From Patescibacteria group bacterium (GTDB lineage Bacteria; Patescibacteriota; Microgenomatia; UBA8517): a stretch of 64,000 nt of DNA. Below the pieces are notes generated by a model, which was not told the origin of the DNA, ran no database searches, and saw only the letters and a list, made by a program, of their open reading frames with translations. A program made the position numbers and the translations under genes. Each line of letters begins with the position of its first letter. The first letter of the stretch is position 1. Shown here in pieces: positions 10,626 to 19,871 of this stretch. The stretch covers positions 1,953 through 65,952 of the forward strand of contig JBGQJK010000003.1 in the NCBI GenBank assembly GCA_041499035.1. Reading direction: 5' to 3'.

Positions 10626-11504
10626 TTAGATTAGGTCGATAATTCGGTCAATTCCAAAGGAAAATCCGACTGCAGGAATTGGGCGGCCTGCAAACATTCC
10701 GATCAAATTGTCATATCTCCCGCCACCCCCAACCGAAAGACTGTTGGGAGTTTTATCAAGTTTTAATTCAAAAATAGTTGATGTGTAATAATCTAATCCT
10801 CTCGCAATATAGGGGTTGAATGTAAAATCACGTCCTTCTTCAAATTTTGCCTCAGAAAGAGCATAAAAAATTTTGTCGAGTCTATTGGGTTTTGCGGCTG
10901 TTTCCAGGTTATTTAGATTGGGAACAGCTTTTAGAACTTCGTCGCGTCCGATCTTGTCAATTTTATCAATTGTTCTAACTTCTTCCGCCGTAAAGTTCCA
11001 CTCATCAAATATCGACCTGTCATTAATCTGTAAAATTGCATCGCCAAGATCCAGTTCCCGCGCACTTTCGATTGCTGCTGAAATTACTTTGACATCAGAC
11101 TCGATTTCAGAAGAGCCTACAGTATCAAAATCAAACTGCGTGAACTCGCGTCTCCTGCCTTTTTGGGGATTTTCGCCTCTAAAAACCTGACCTATTTGGT
11201 ACCTACTAAAAGTTGGACTAAGAAGGCCGAGATTATTGGCAACAAAGCGGGCCAGAGGAACGGTTAAATCGTATCTTAAGGCTAATTTACGGCCTCCTTT
11301 GTCGGTGAGTTGGTAAATCAATTTCTCGTCTTCACCATATTTTCCCAATAATGTTTCTGCAAACTCGAGAGTAGGAGTTTCCAGAGGCTCAAAGCCATAT
11401 TTTTCAAGCACGGGAACAATGGCGTTTACCATTAAACGTCTCTTCTTGGCTTCGTCAGGCATAATATCTCCAAAGCCTTTAGCTGTAACCGGCCCTTTTC
11501 TCAT
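10626..11504 (-). CDS. hisS: histidyl-tRNA synthetase, catalytic domain only
   Basis: KGFGD, LETPTLE, LRYDLTVP, FRGENPQKGRRREFTQ, RGLDYY, GGGRYD, FGIDR then stop; downstream of a His T-box. Confidence 0.85.
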   Translation of the reverse strand: MRKGPVTAKGFGDIMPDEAKKRRLMVNAIVPVLEKYGFEPLETPTLEFAETLLGKYGEDEKLIYQLTDKGGRKLALRYDLTVPLARFVANNLGLLSPTFSRYQIGQVFRGENPQKGRRREFTQFDFDTVGSSEIESDVKVISAAIESARELDLGDAILQINDRSIFDEWNFTAEEVRTIDKIDKIGRDEVLKAVPNLNNLETAAKPNRLDKIFYALSEAKFEEGRDFTFNPYIARGLDYYTSTIFELKLDKTPNSLSVGGGGRYDNLIGMFAGRPIPAVGFSFGIDRIIDLI

Positions 11505-12049
11505 AGTTTCTCCTCTCTTCTATTATCGATGATAGCTAGTAAAAGCTCAACCGCTTCTTTCGGTGTCTTGGCTTTTTCTATCTTTATACTTTTCCTTTCA
11601 TCTAAGAATTTTCCCGCGAATTTTTTGCCATAGCCATCAAAGTTTGTTAGAGCAACCATCGGAATTTTATTTCTGTAAGCAACAATCATCTCTTGCAAAG
11701 TTCCCGCGCCACCACCGAGAATAATAACTCCATCGCTAGAAAGTATCAGAGGAGGTGTATCTCCACCTGTTTCAGAATTTGTTACTATTTCCACATTAAT
11801 GTATTTGTTTGACACATTTCTCAGATTTCCTCTAACCACACCCACAGTTGTTCCATTCTTGGATATTGCCCCTTTAGCCACGGATTCCATTATTCCGCTC
11901 TTTCCGCCGCAAAAAACAATACAACCTTTTTGTGCGAGGAGTTTACCGATGGTTCCTGCGGCTTTGTATACTTTAGGGCCGGGCTTTTTGTATTTATATT
12001 CCTCGGGTCCGGCCGGACCAATAACGGCGATTTGTAATTTTTTATTCAT
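11501..12049 (-). CDS. LOG/SLOG-family (TIGR00725-like) protein
   Basis: IAVIG, CGG..GIMESVAKGA...GG.TVG, GGGAGTLQE. Confidence 0.85.
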   Translation of the reverse strand: MNKKLQIAVIGPAGPEEYKYKKPGPKVYKAAGTIGKLLAQKGCIVFCGGKSGIMESVAKGAISKNGTTVGVVRGNLRNVSNKYINVEIVTNSETGGDTPPLILSSDGVIILGGGAGTLQEMIVAYRNKIPMVALTNFDGYGKKFAGKFLDERKSIKIEKAKTPKEAVELLLAIIDNRREEKL

Positions 12050-12863
12050 TTTTTAGTTTTCTGAGCGTTTCAAGGATACCATTAAAAGTGTTTAAATCAT
12101 CAACGTATTTTTCCCTGTACCTATCAACTACTATTTTAGATTTTTCTCCATCCCCGATAAAGGACGAAAGGCTGTTATTGGCAGGTATGCCACTCGAACC
12201 TTGATATAAAACATTTGTTGTAACACTTATATATCCAGGTAAGCTGCTCTTAAAGATATTTGGGGCCTGTCTAGGTTTAGCTTGGAGAGGGGATAGAGTC
12301 ATCCATGTGGCTGCATACCATTCCAAATCATCCCTTGGGTCTAAAAATGAACGAACTGACTGTGCAGTCGAACCGCTCATTAAGACGTCGTCGATTACAA
12401 CACAAGAGTTAAGTTTTGAAGGGAGCCTCTCTCTAACAACATTTCTTCCTGTGGTAACGTCGACTCTATTCACGGACATTTTTTCACTCAAAATCCGTCT
12501 AACGTCCAGGTCAAGCCAACTAAAAAATTTGAAGATCTCAGGCCTTATAAGCTGCTTTACTGTTTGGGCTCCGTTACCCGGGAAAATCAAAATACTTTTC
12601 TCCGGATCAAGTTTTTCGAGAATGCTATCCAATCTGTTATTTAGTGTTATTCCGAGCCCTTCGGCACTATAGAAATAGGTAAAACCTTTACAGGATATAA
12701 TGAAGAGTTCAACAAGTTCTTTAACTTGATCCCCATTTTCTGGGTTTCTAAATGCCACGTCATCAATACCCAGGCGCTCTCTGGAGTTATCTATAAGTTT
12801 AAACTCAGAGTAGTCTAGATTAGGGAACCTTTCCCTTATTAGTTGTTCGTATTCTTTTCCCAT
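12042..12863 (-). CDS. phosphoribosyltransferase-fold protein
   Basis: PRPP-binding loop VVIDDVLMSGSTA; rest unrecognised. Confidence 0.6.
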   Translation of the reverse strand: MGKEYEQLIRERFPNLDYSEFKLIDNSRERLGIDDVAFRNPENGDQVKELVELFIISCKGFTYFYSAEGLGITLNNRLDSILEKLDPEKSILIFPGNGAQTVKQLIRPEIFKFFSWLDLDVRRILSEKMSVNRVDVTTGRNVVRERLPSKLNSCVVIDDVLMSGSTAQSVRSFLDPRDDLEWYAATWMTLSPLQAKPRQAPNIFKSSLPGYISVTTNVLYQGSSGIPANNSLSSFIGDGEKSKIVVDRYREKYVDDLNTFNGILETLRKLKNE

Positions 12864-12912
12864 AAAAAAACCTCGTTCACGTCCACAACCCTACGGTTAT
12901 GAAGGAACGAGG
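12864..12912 (-). terminator. intrinsic terminator (attenuator) of the T-box leader
   Basis: CCUCGUUC...GAACGAGG stem followed by U7, overlapping the antiterminator 3' strand. Confidence 0.85.
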
Positions 12913-13113
12913 GTCTTAATTAAAGGCTTTTGCCATTAAAAAAGGACCTCCGCGGTCCCATCCTTTTTCCCTAAATATTACTCTAGGGCTCTTGGTCCAT
13001 CTCTACTTTGCGGTGACAATGGTTAGTATCTTTTTACGCTTTTCCCTGCGTCCTCGATTTTGCGAGGCTCCTCGTGTCGCGTGACTGACACTCAAACGGA
13101 TTTATTCGACTAA
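12864..13113 (-). ncRNA. T-box riboswitch leader (His-specific, transcriptional)
   Basis: AAGGA-UGGGACC-GCG T-box (12951-12965) pairs with CGUUCCUU (12902-12909); Stem III hairpin 12969-12988; mutually exclusive terminator; CAC codon in a short K-turn stem; hisS downstream. Confidence 0.85.
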
Positions 13114-13119
13114 GTAGGA

Positions 13120-13147
13120 ATTATAGCAGGAAAAGGTTGGTTGTCAA
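13120..13147 (-). promoter_or_regulatory. sigma70 promoter of the T-box/hisS operon
   Basis: TTGACA (13142-13147), 16-nt spacer ending in TGC, TATAAT (13120-13125) on the minus strand. Confidence 0.8.
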
Positions 13148-13653
13148 ATTTTGAGTGTGTAAACATATTCGTCCCTGTAGCTGCCGTCGGGGTATTTTAC
13201 GCTCTCGGGGAGTGTGGCTACTTTCTTAAATCCGAATTTTTCGTACAGATTGGTGGCGGGGGAGTTGCCGGAATTTACAAAAAGCTGGACCTCTTCGACT
13301 TCCGAAGCCATTTTGATCCTGTCGATCAAGTATTTCATCAACCTGCTTCCGACTCCCTTTTCCCGTTCACTCACGGCTACGCAAAAGTCCGAGAGATTTA
13401 CTATGTGTTTTTTGTTCGGCAGTGAGTTACTAGCCATAAGCGCGTAGGCGGTCAAAGTGTCATCGTTAAATAGACCATAATAGCCAAAACCTGGGAAGTG
13501 TGACCAGTAATTAAGCCTGTCTGCAAAAAAACTAAGGGGAGCGCCATCTTCTACCTCAAAGTTGGAAAGCCAGGCTTTCGGATCTGCCCTTAGTGTTTCA
13601 AGGCGCAGTTTTTTAAACTCGGCAGCATCGCTTTCGTAGAGAAGCCTGATCAT
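13144..13653 (-). CDS. GNAT family N-acetyltransferase
   Basis: V....REKGVGSRL motif A; N.PA..LYEKFGF motif B. Confidence 0.88.
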   Translation of the reverse strand: MIRLLYESDAAEFKKLRLETLRADPKAWLSNFEVEDGAPLSFFADRLNYWSHFPGFGYYGLFNDDTLTAYALMASNSLPNKKHIVNLSDFCVAVSEREKGVGSRLMKYLIDRIKMASEVEEVQLFVNSGNSPATNLYEKFGFKKVATLPESVKYPDGSYRDEYVYTLKI

Positions 13654-13675
13654 TATTTTATATACCAGATTAGCA

Positions 13676-14713
13676 CTAACCCTGAGATATTAGAACCTGG
13701 AAGATTGATCTAACGGAGCTTACACCTTTATCGTCCGTAGCCACAACATAAATTATTACGTCACCTGCGCTGAGGTTACCCAGTTTTGTACTTACCATCT
13801 TGCCCGCTTTTATAGTTTCAATATCCGTTTTTGAGTCGGGTTTAACCGAATCTCCCGTATTATCAAATACATTGTTTACGCTCAAGATTTTTTTGGCCAC
13901 AGCAGTAAGGCGCGCTTCTTTGATACTAATTTTAGGTTCCGTGATTGGGGCAGTAACTAAAATGCGCTGGGCGCTTAGGACCGAATTTCCATCAATATAT
14001 CCCATAGCAACTATAATGTCTCCGATTGCAATATCGGTCGGCTTTACTTGTTTGGCGGTCGGCCCCACCGAATTGATTACGCTCGTTGAGGCACCGAGAG
14101 AAATTTGCTTGATCTCGCTTATGGCGGTTTTAATCTGAATAGTTGAATCCGTAATGTCGGTTACTGTTCCGATATAGGCTTTAGGACGGCTTAGAGTATT
14201 TGCAACATCCTGCGCAACTTTAGCCCTTATATCGGAGGTTCCGCTAGCGTTTGCGTCCGGCGAGCTTACCGGAACCGTCTTGGTCTGGAAACTGGAAGAA
14301 TAAACAACCAAAACCCCGGTTGCGCTTTGGCTTCCCGCTACCTCAAACGCGGTTATCTTTATTTGATTTACACCGGCTACCAAATTCACATCCTCTGTAA
14401 ATGCGCCGCTTGTGTCAGATTGGACGATGTAGTCGCTACCTTCACCCGAAAGGGTTACCCACGAGCTTGGCTTGGTTAAGCCCGAAACAGTAACCGAATT
14501 CTCCGTAACCACATCGTCATTCTCCGGTTTATCCAAAACAATCTTGAATTCACCTGCCGCTGCCTGTTTTGGAGTGGGTGAGGCCTTGCTCTGGTCAGTT
14601 TTTTTATTTGGGGTTATTGTTGTGTTAATCCGCCAGACTCCAAATGCGATAGTAAGTCCCAGAACTATCCCTGCAATGATTGCCCAAAGAACTTCTTTTC
14701 GCATTGAGCTCAC
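13676..14713 (-). CDS. membrane-anchored protein with Ig-like and beta-rich domains
   Basis: N-terminal TM; P..D.V....VTVSG.T.P...G.F...V.L..G.N.I.I Ig-like pattern; start may be ATG 14704. Confidence 0.7.
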   Translation of the reverse strand: MSSMRKEVLWAIIAGIVLGLTIAFGVWRINTTITPNKKTDQSKASPTPKQAAAGEFKIVLDKPENDDVVTENSVTVSGLTKPSSWVTLSGEGSDYIVQSDTSGAFTEDVNLVAGVNQIKITAFEVAGSQSATGVLVVYSSSFQTKTVPVSSPDANASGTSDIRAKVAQDVANTLSRPKAYIGTVTDITDSTIQIKTAISEIKQISLGASTSVINSVGPTAKQVKPTDIAIGDIIVAMGYIDGNSVLSAQRILVTAPITEPKISIKEARLTAVAKKILSVNNVFDNTGDSVKPDSKTDIETIKAGKMVSTKLGNLSAGDVIIYVVATDDKGVSSVRSIFQVLISQG

Positions 14714-14880
14714 AATATAATAGATTGAGCTATTTAAGTCAAGGTTAGTAAAAAGTAGTCTTGCAGTCAGACCTGCGATTTGCTAGAGTGCAAGGAGAAT
14801 TATCAAATAAGCAAATAAATTTCAAATTATTAAATCATTTATTTGTAGATTAAGTTATTTGTAGATTTGTTTATTAACGT

Positions 14881-15534
14881 ATGGACATCACTTATTTAGG
14901 ACATTCTTCATTTAAAATCAAAACCAAAACTGCGGCCGTAGTTACCGATCCGTTTGATCCTAAGATGGTCGGACTCAAATATTCCGGAGTGGAAGGCGAA
15001 ATTGTCACGGTGTCGCATGCCCACCCCGATCACAATTTTGTTGAGAAGGTTAACGGTATGAAAAAAGTGGTTCAAGGCCCGGGGGAGTACGAGATTTCGG
15101 GGGTAAGCATCTGGGGTTACAATACCTTTCACGATAATCATGGAGGTGCAGAAAGAGGCGAAAACACGGTATATGTTATCGAAGCAGAAGGACTTCGTCT
15201 GGTTCACTTGGGGGATATTGGTCATTTACTTTCCGACGAACTGGTTGACGAAATAGGGGACGTTGACGTTTTGATGATTCCGGTTGGCGGTTTTTTTACA
15301 ATCGGACCAAAGGAAGCAACTGAAATAATAAGTAAAATAGAACCTTATTTTGTGATTCCGATGCACTATAAAATTGCGGGTCTTGCCCCGGTGCTTTCCG
15401 AAAAACTCCAGCCTCTCGATATCTTTTTAAAAGAATCGGGACTAACAACAGAAACTTTGCCCAAGTTTTCACTCAAAAAAGAAGATATATTGGAAGATCA
15501 GAGCACAAAGGTGATAGTGCTCGAAAAAAAGTAG
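14881..15534 (+). CDS. MBL-fold metallo-hydrolase
   Basis: YLGHSSF, DPF, SHAHPDH, HLGD, IPVGG, IPMHY. Confidence 0.9.
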   Translation: MDITYLGHSSFKIKTKTAAVVTDPFDPKMVGLKYSGVEGEIVTVSHAHPDHNFVEKVNGMKKVVQGPGEYEISGVSIWGYNTFHDNHGGAERGENTVYVIEAEGLRLVHLGDIGHLLSDELVDEIGDVDVLMIPVGGFFTIGPKEATEIISKIEPYFVIPMHYKIAGLAPVLSEKLQPLDIFLKESGLTTETLPKFSLKKEDILEDQSTKVIVLEKK

Positions 15535-15550
15535 CTGCCCTTCAAACATA

Positions 15551-16876
15551 ATGGCTACTCAAAATCCAAATGTTCGCGTTCCGCCTCATTCGCAAGAAGC
15601 TGAAGAATCTGTTCTCGGGGCGATGCTACTCGATAAAGATGCGGTTATTGCCGTTGCGGAATTCCTTTCTGCCGAAGATTTTTACGATGAAAGATTAAAA
15701 GCGATTTATGAAGCCTGCCTCGATCTTTATGAAAGTAGGACCCCGATTGACGTTTTGACTGTTACCGATAGGCTTAAAAAAAGAAAAGCCTTAAAAAATA
15801 TCGGCAGTTCATCATTTCTTGCCGATCTGGCCAACAAAGTTCCGACAGCAGCTCACGTTGAGCACTATGGCAGGATTGTAAAGGACACGGCTACAAAACG
15901 TGCTCTGATGTCCGCAGCCGGGAGGCTTGTGGAGAGTTCAATGGACGAAGGACTTACCGCAAATGAATTGATGGACTCTGCCGAAAGCCAAATATTTTCG
16001 CTTTCGCAGAAAAATCTGTCGCAAAGCTTTACGGCAGTCAGAACAGCGCTAGCCGAAAGTTTTGACCGTTTGGATGAACTGCATAAACAAGGGGAGGGAA
16101 TGCGGGGAGTGCCCACGGGGTTTCCCGATTTGGATGACGCCTTGGCAGGAATGCAGAAAAGCAATCTTCTGATCCTGGCCGCCAGGCCCGGAGTAGGTAA
16201 AACCTCGCTGGCCATGAACATTGCTCAGTATGTGGCGGTTAATCTTAAGCGTCCCGTTGGCTTCTTCTCACTCGAAATGAGCAAGGAAGAGCTAGTGGAC
16301 CGGCTTTTGGTCGGTCAAGCCGACATAGATGCCTGGAAGCTTAAAACCGGTAAACTCGACGAGGACGATTTTACAAAGCTCAGTAATGCCATGGGAGAGC
16401 TTGCAGAGGCCCCGCTCTACATTGACGATACTCCGGCCCTCTCCGTCTTGGAAATGCGTACCAAAGCACGCCGTCTTCAGGTGGAAAATGGCCTGGACTT
16501 TCTTGTTGTCGACTACCTCCAGCTGGCCAGGTCGAGGAATCTCGAAAACAGAGTTCAGGAAGTTTCGGAAATTTCGCAGGGCATGAAGAATCTGGCCAGG
16601 GAGCTTAAAATCCCGGTTCTGGTTCTTTCCCAGCTAAGCCGTGCCATAGAAACACGGGGCGGTAAAAAACCCCAGCTTGCCGATCTTAGGGAGAGCGGGA
16701 GCATTGAGCAGGACGCGGATGTTGTGATGTTCCTCTGGCGTGAGGATGATGAAAACATAGAGAATATTACTCTCGATATTGCCAAACACAGAAACGGACC
16801 TTTAAAGAATATTCCGCTTCGCTTTAGAGGGGACAGGATCAAATTCTTCAGCCGTGACACAAAACACAAAGCTTAA
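15551..16876 (+). CDS. dnaB: replicative DNA helicase
   Basis: PPHS.EAEESVLG, AARPGVGKT, FSLEM, VDYLQL, LSQLSR, DLRESGSIEQDAD, KHRNG. Confidence 0.97.
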   Translation: MATQNPNVRVPPHSQEAEESVLGAMLLDKDAVIAVAEFLSAEDFYDERLKAIYEACLDLYESRTPIDVLTVTDRLKKRKALKNIGSSSFLADLANKVPTAAHVEHYGRIVKDTATKRALMSAAGRLVESSMDEGLTANELMDSAESQIFSLSQKNLSQSFTAVRTALAESFDRLDELHKQGEGMRGVPTGFPDLDDALAGMQKSNLLILAARPGVGKTSLAMNIAQYVAVNLKRPVGFFSLEMSKEELVDRLLVGQADIDAWKLKTGKLDEDDFTKLSNAMGELAEAPLYIDDTPALSVLEMRTKARRLQVENGLDFLVVDYLQLARSRNLENRVQEVSEISQGMKNLARELKIPVLVLSQLSRAIETRGGKKPQLADLRESGSIEQDADVVMFLWREDDENIENITLDIAKHRNGPLKNIPLRFRGDRIKFFSRDTKHKA

Positions 16877-16881
16877 GTGAG

Positions 16882-16966
16882 TGCCGAGGAGAGGAGTCGA
16901 ACCTCCACGGAGTGTTACCTCCACAGGTTTTTGAGACCTGAGCGTCTGCCATTCCGCCACCTCGGC
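16882..16966 (-). tRNA. tRNA-Leu(CAA), long variable arm, CCA not encoded
   Basis: GCCGAGG acceptor stem, GGCGGAATGGCAGACGC D arm, CAGGT-CTCAAAA-ACCTG anticodon arm, GGTTCGACTCC T arm. Confidence 0.95.
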
Positions 16967-17019
16967 GCTTTGTAATTTTAACACAAATGAAGCTATGAAG
17001 TTAGTTTTTAGCCAGGGGA

Positions 17020-17541
17020 TTATACCTGTGTAGGTACTTCCATCCCGATTGGTAAAACTCCAATCTCGACGTTACTTACACCTGGTGACCACTCGCCGTT
17101 AACACGCGCAATATCCTCCTGAGTATAAACTTTTCCTACTACTACAGTCCCGTCCCCTACACGCGACCAAAACGGTAGTAAATTTTTTCCACTCTCCCGA
17201 TATACTTTATCTACAGCTTCCAACAGAGTTGCGGCATTAGGAGCTGGCGCAAATTTGACCCCTGGGTTTGTCTCGCGTATCTTTGAATTAAATTCTTGTA
17301 TCATCTTTATCTGGACATGCCAAGGTTGATTGTAGCTCTCAGGCAGGGCACCTTCGGAAGGCAAAAATATGGTACCATTTAAACCCTTTACTTTACTCAT
17401 TTCTTTCCTTGCTGCTTTCAGGCGATCAGAGTCGATATGAATTCGAAGATAACCGCTTTCCAGCTCCTCGATGCTTTTACCGGCCAAATTAATCCTATAT
17501 AGCCCGTTTACCAATTCTACAGTATGAGTGCGTTCAACCAT
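17020..17541 (-). CDS. hypothetical protein
   Basis: Long ORF; ATG 17541 preferred over the upstream TTG. Confidence 0.6.
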   Translation of the reverse strand: MVERTHTVELVNGLYRINLAGKSIEELESGYLRIHIDSDRLKAARKEMSKVKGLNGTIFLPSEGALPESYNQPWHVQIKMIQEFNSKIRETNPGVKFAPAPNAATLLEAVDKVYRESGKNLLPFWSRVGDGTVVVGKVYTQEDIARVNGEWSPGVSNVEIGVLPIGMEVPTQV

Positions 17542-17582
17542 TGATTTCTGTTTTATAACACGCGAACCGGACTGTGTCAAAT

Positions 17583-18044
17583 TTAGTTTTTGAGCCAGAG
17601 GATCACGGCTCCGATTGTCAAAACCTGAGTTATTATGCCCCAGAATGGGGTCGTGTCCACTTGAAGCGATTTTTGGAATTTAATCCAGTTTTTAAGGAAT
17701 TTATTGCGCATTTTTAGAAAGAAGTAAGGGGACTCAATCAAATCGGGGAGAACCGAGGCAAAAGATGCGCCCAGGATTGTAACCGCGTGGCCGGTATCAG
17801 GAAGGGCCCGCCAGGCTATAAATGATCCGACAATGAGTGCGAGCGTTACATCGAGAGCAATAATAGTCAGACTTTTTTTAGTCGGCGCACCGAATTTCTT
17901 AGTCTCGGTAACAATGTGGGGGTTCCAGTGGGGGACGCGCTCCAAAACAAAATGGCTGACAAAGGCCAGCGGGATCGCGATCAAGGGGTTTGGAATCTTC
18001 GTCGCAATCGCGGCACCTATTGCGACGTGGGGGGTTTCAAGCAT
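17583..18044 (-). CDS. membrane protein, putative metal-binding (H...SHF.L...PH, LPD)
   Basis: Hydrophobic helices with His/Asp pattern like YdjM-type membrane hydrolases. Confidence 0.6.
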   Translation of the reverse strand: MLETPHVAIGAAIATKIPNPLIAIPLAFVSHFVLERVPHWNPHIVTETKKFGAPTKKSLTIIALDVTLALIVGSFIAWRALPDTGHAVTILGASFASVLPDLIESPYFFLKMRNKFLKNWIKFQKSLQVDTTPFWGIITQVLTIGAVILWLKN

Positions 18045-18071
18045 GGTGACTACTATGATATTATCATCGTG

Positions 18072-18677
18072 ATGCTAATTGCAAGTATTTTCACAAGTTT
18101 GATGGGAATGTTCGTATTTCTCTTTATTTTCTGGAAGCGGCTTAAGGAGGATTATTCACCGGAAATAATCTTTAAAACCGCTTTTTTTATACTTATCGGC
18201 ATGTTGATTGGCTTTTTGGTTGCCGTCAGATTTACGCCGGCAGCATTCATGTGGACTGCCTTTGCAGGTTCTTTAGCGGGTCTCTCGATTGCAATTTTAC
18301 GGCTCAAGGTTAAATTTTTCGAAACATTTGAGGCTTTTATTATTTCAAGCTTCCCCTGGGTAGGGTTTACATTCCTCCTCGACTCCGTTGCCCACTCTTC
18401 TTTAAGCTCGTTCTTAGCATTCATAGCAATACTAATTATTGTGTTCATTTCCTACTGGCTTGATGCCAATTATAAAAACTTTACCTGGTACAGGTCGGGG
18501 AAGATCGGATTTGCGGGGCTTACGACACTTGCCATATTTTTTATTGCCCGATCCGTCCTTGCAATTTTGAGGATAGGCATGCTATCCTTTGTAGGTTCGA
18601 TGGTCGAAGCGGTAATTTCAGCGGCGGCAGCGTTTATTTGTTTCGTTTTACTTTTTAATTTGAGCCGTAGTGAGTGA
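18072..18677 (+). CDS. multi-pass membrane protein
   Basis: About 6-7 TM segments; start moved to ATG 18072 to avoid overlap with the divergent gene. Confidence 0.7.
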   Translation: MLIASIFTSLMGMFVFLFIFWKRLKEDYSPEIIFKTAFFILIGMLIGFLVAVRFTPAAFMWTAFAGSLAGLSIAILRLKVKFFETFEAFIISSFPWVGFTFLLDSVAHSSLSSFLAFIAILIIVFISYWLDANYKNFTWYRSGKIGFAGLTTLAIFFIARSVLAILRIGMLSFVGSMVEAVISAAAAFICFVLLFNLSRSE

Positions 18678-19074
18678 TTCCAAATCAAAAAGAATGACAA
18701 AAAATAACACTCCTCCAAAATTCCCGGCTAGCATTCTGGCACCTGTTGCCAATCTTCTCACAGGCAAACTCAAAACTCTTGAGAAAAGAAAAAAGGAAAT
18801 AAGCGGGGAGGATCCTTTCAAAAACACCGAAAGGGTTAACGATAACGCGGCCCCCGACATTGAAGCGGATGAACAGTTCGGGCACGCCAGAACTTCGGCG
18901 CTAAAGACCGAAATAGGCAGGACGATTATTCAGGTCAGGAAAGCTCTTACCCGTATAAAACTTGGAAAATACGGCATTTGTGAGGTCTGCGGCAATATGA
19001 TCGATACAGATAGGCTGATGATTTACCCCGAAGCCACTCTTTGTACAAAAGACGCGGCAAAAAGGGAAAAGTAG
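18670..19074 (+). CDS. TraR/DksA-like zinc-finger protein
   Basis: Coiled coil then AL.RI..GKYGICEVCG..I...RL..YPEA.LC. Confidence 0.85.
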   Translation: MSDSKSKRMTKNNTPPKFPASILAPVANLLTGKLKTLEKRKKEISGEDPFKNTERVNDNAAPDIEADEQFGHARTSALKTEIGRTIIQVRKALTRIKLGKYGICEVCGNMIDTDRLMIYPEATLCTKDAAKREK

Positions 19075-19089
19075 GCTATAATTGTCTTC

Positions 19090-19794
19090 ATGGAGCCGAA
19101 AATTATTTTTGAAGATGATTCCTTCTTCGTAGTGGATAAGCCAAGTGGTTGGATAACCAATGACGCGGATACGACTACAACTCAGCCGGTCCTTCAGACC
19201 TTCATGCGTGAGCATTTTGAATATCCGCTAAAAGGGGACAGGGAAATGCGGGACGGAATTGTTCATCGGTTAGATAAGGAAACGAGTGGCCTTATCATCG
19301 TTGCCAAAACCCAACAGGCGTTTGAAAAGCTTCAGTCCGAATTTAAGAATAGGGAAGTAAGTAAAACTTATACCGCGCTTCTCCATGGAAAAGTTGAACC
19401 AACCGAGGGTGAAATAAGAGCAGAAGTTGGGCGATTGCCCTGGCACAGGTCGCGTTTTGGAGTTCTTCCGGGTGGGCGAGAGTCAACTACAAAATATAAA
19501 GTACTGGAATATTATCCGGGAAATAATGCCGGGCATTCCTTGGTTGAATTTTACCCGAAAACAGGCCGGACCCATCAAATCAGAATCCATGCCAGGCATA
19601 TTGGCCACGCGATAGTTGCCGATGAATTTTACGCAGGTAGGAAGACCGCCAGGAATGATCGCAAATGGTGCCCCAGGCTTTTCCTCCACGCCGCTTCCAT
19701 CAAATTTATCCACCCGGAAACAAATAAAGAAGTTGAGTTCAAGTCTGGTCTTCCCGAAGATCTTCAAAATGTACTTCTCACACTTAAAAAATAA
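19090..19794 (+). CDS. RluA/RluD-family pseudouridine synthase (no S4 domain)
   Basis: VDKPSG, VHRLDKETSG, TGRTHQIR.H, LFLHA. Confidence 0.93.
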   Translation: MEPKIIFEDDSFFVVDKPSGWITNDADTTTTQPVLQTFMREHFEYPLKGDREMRDGIVHRLDKETSGLIIVAKTQQAFEKLQSEFKNREVSKTYTALLHGKVEPTEGEIRAEVGRLPWHRSRFGVLPGGRESTTKYKVLEYYPGNNAGHSLVEFYPKTGRTHQIRIHARHIGHAIVADEFYAGRKTARNDRKWCPRLFLHAASIKFIHPETNKEVEFKSGLPEDLQNVLLTLKK

Positions 19795-19871
19795 TCAAAT
19801 TCTATTGCTTTATAGTTTCTAAACTACTATATTGAATAGAGGTTTCTTAAGTATGATACAAAGAGACCTTT

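Noticed and set aside
10626-11504. HisZ (ATP-PRT regulatory subunit)
   Set aside because: Catalytic motifs are intact and no his biosynthesis genes are adjacent; kept only as an alternative
16882-17580. Integrated element at tRNA-Leu
   Set aside because: No duplicated tRNA 3' end or adjacent integrase seen
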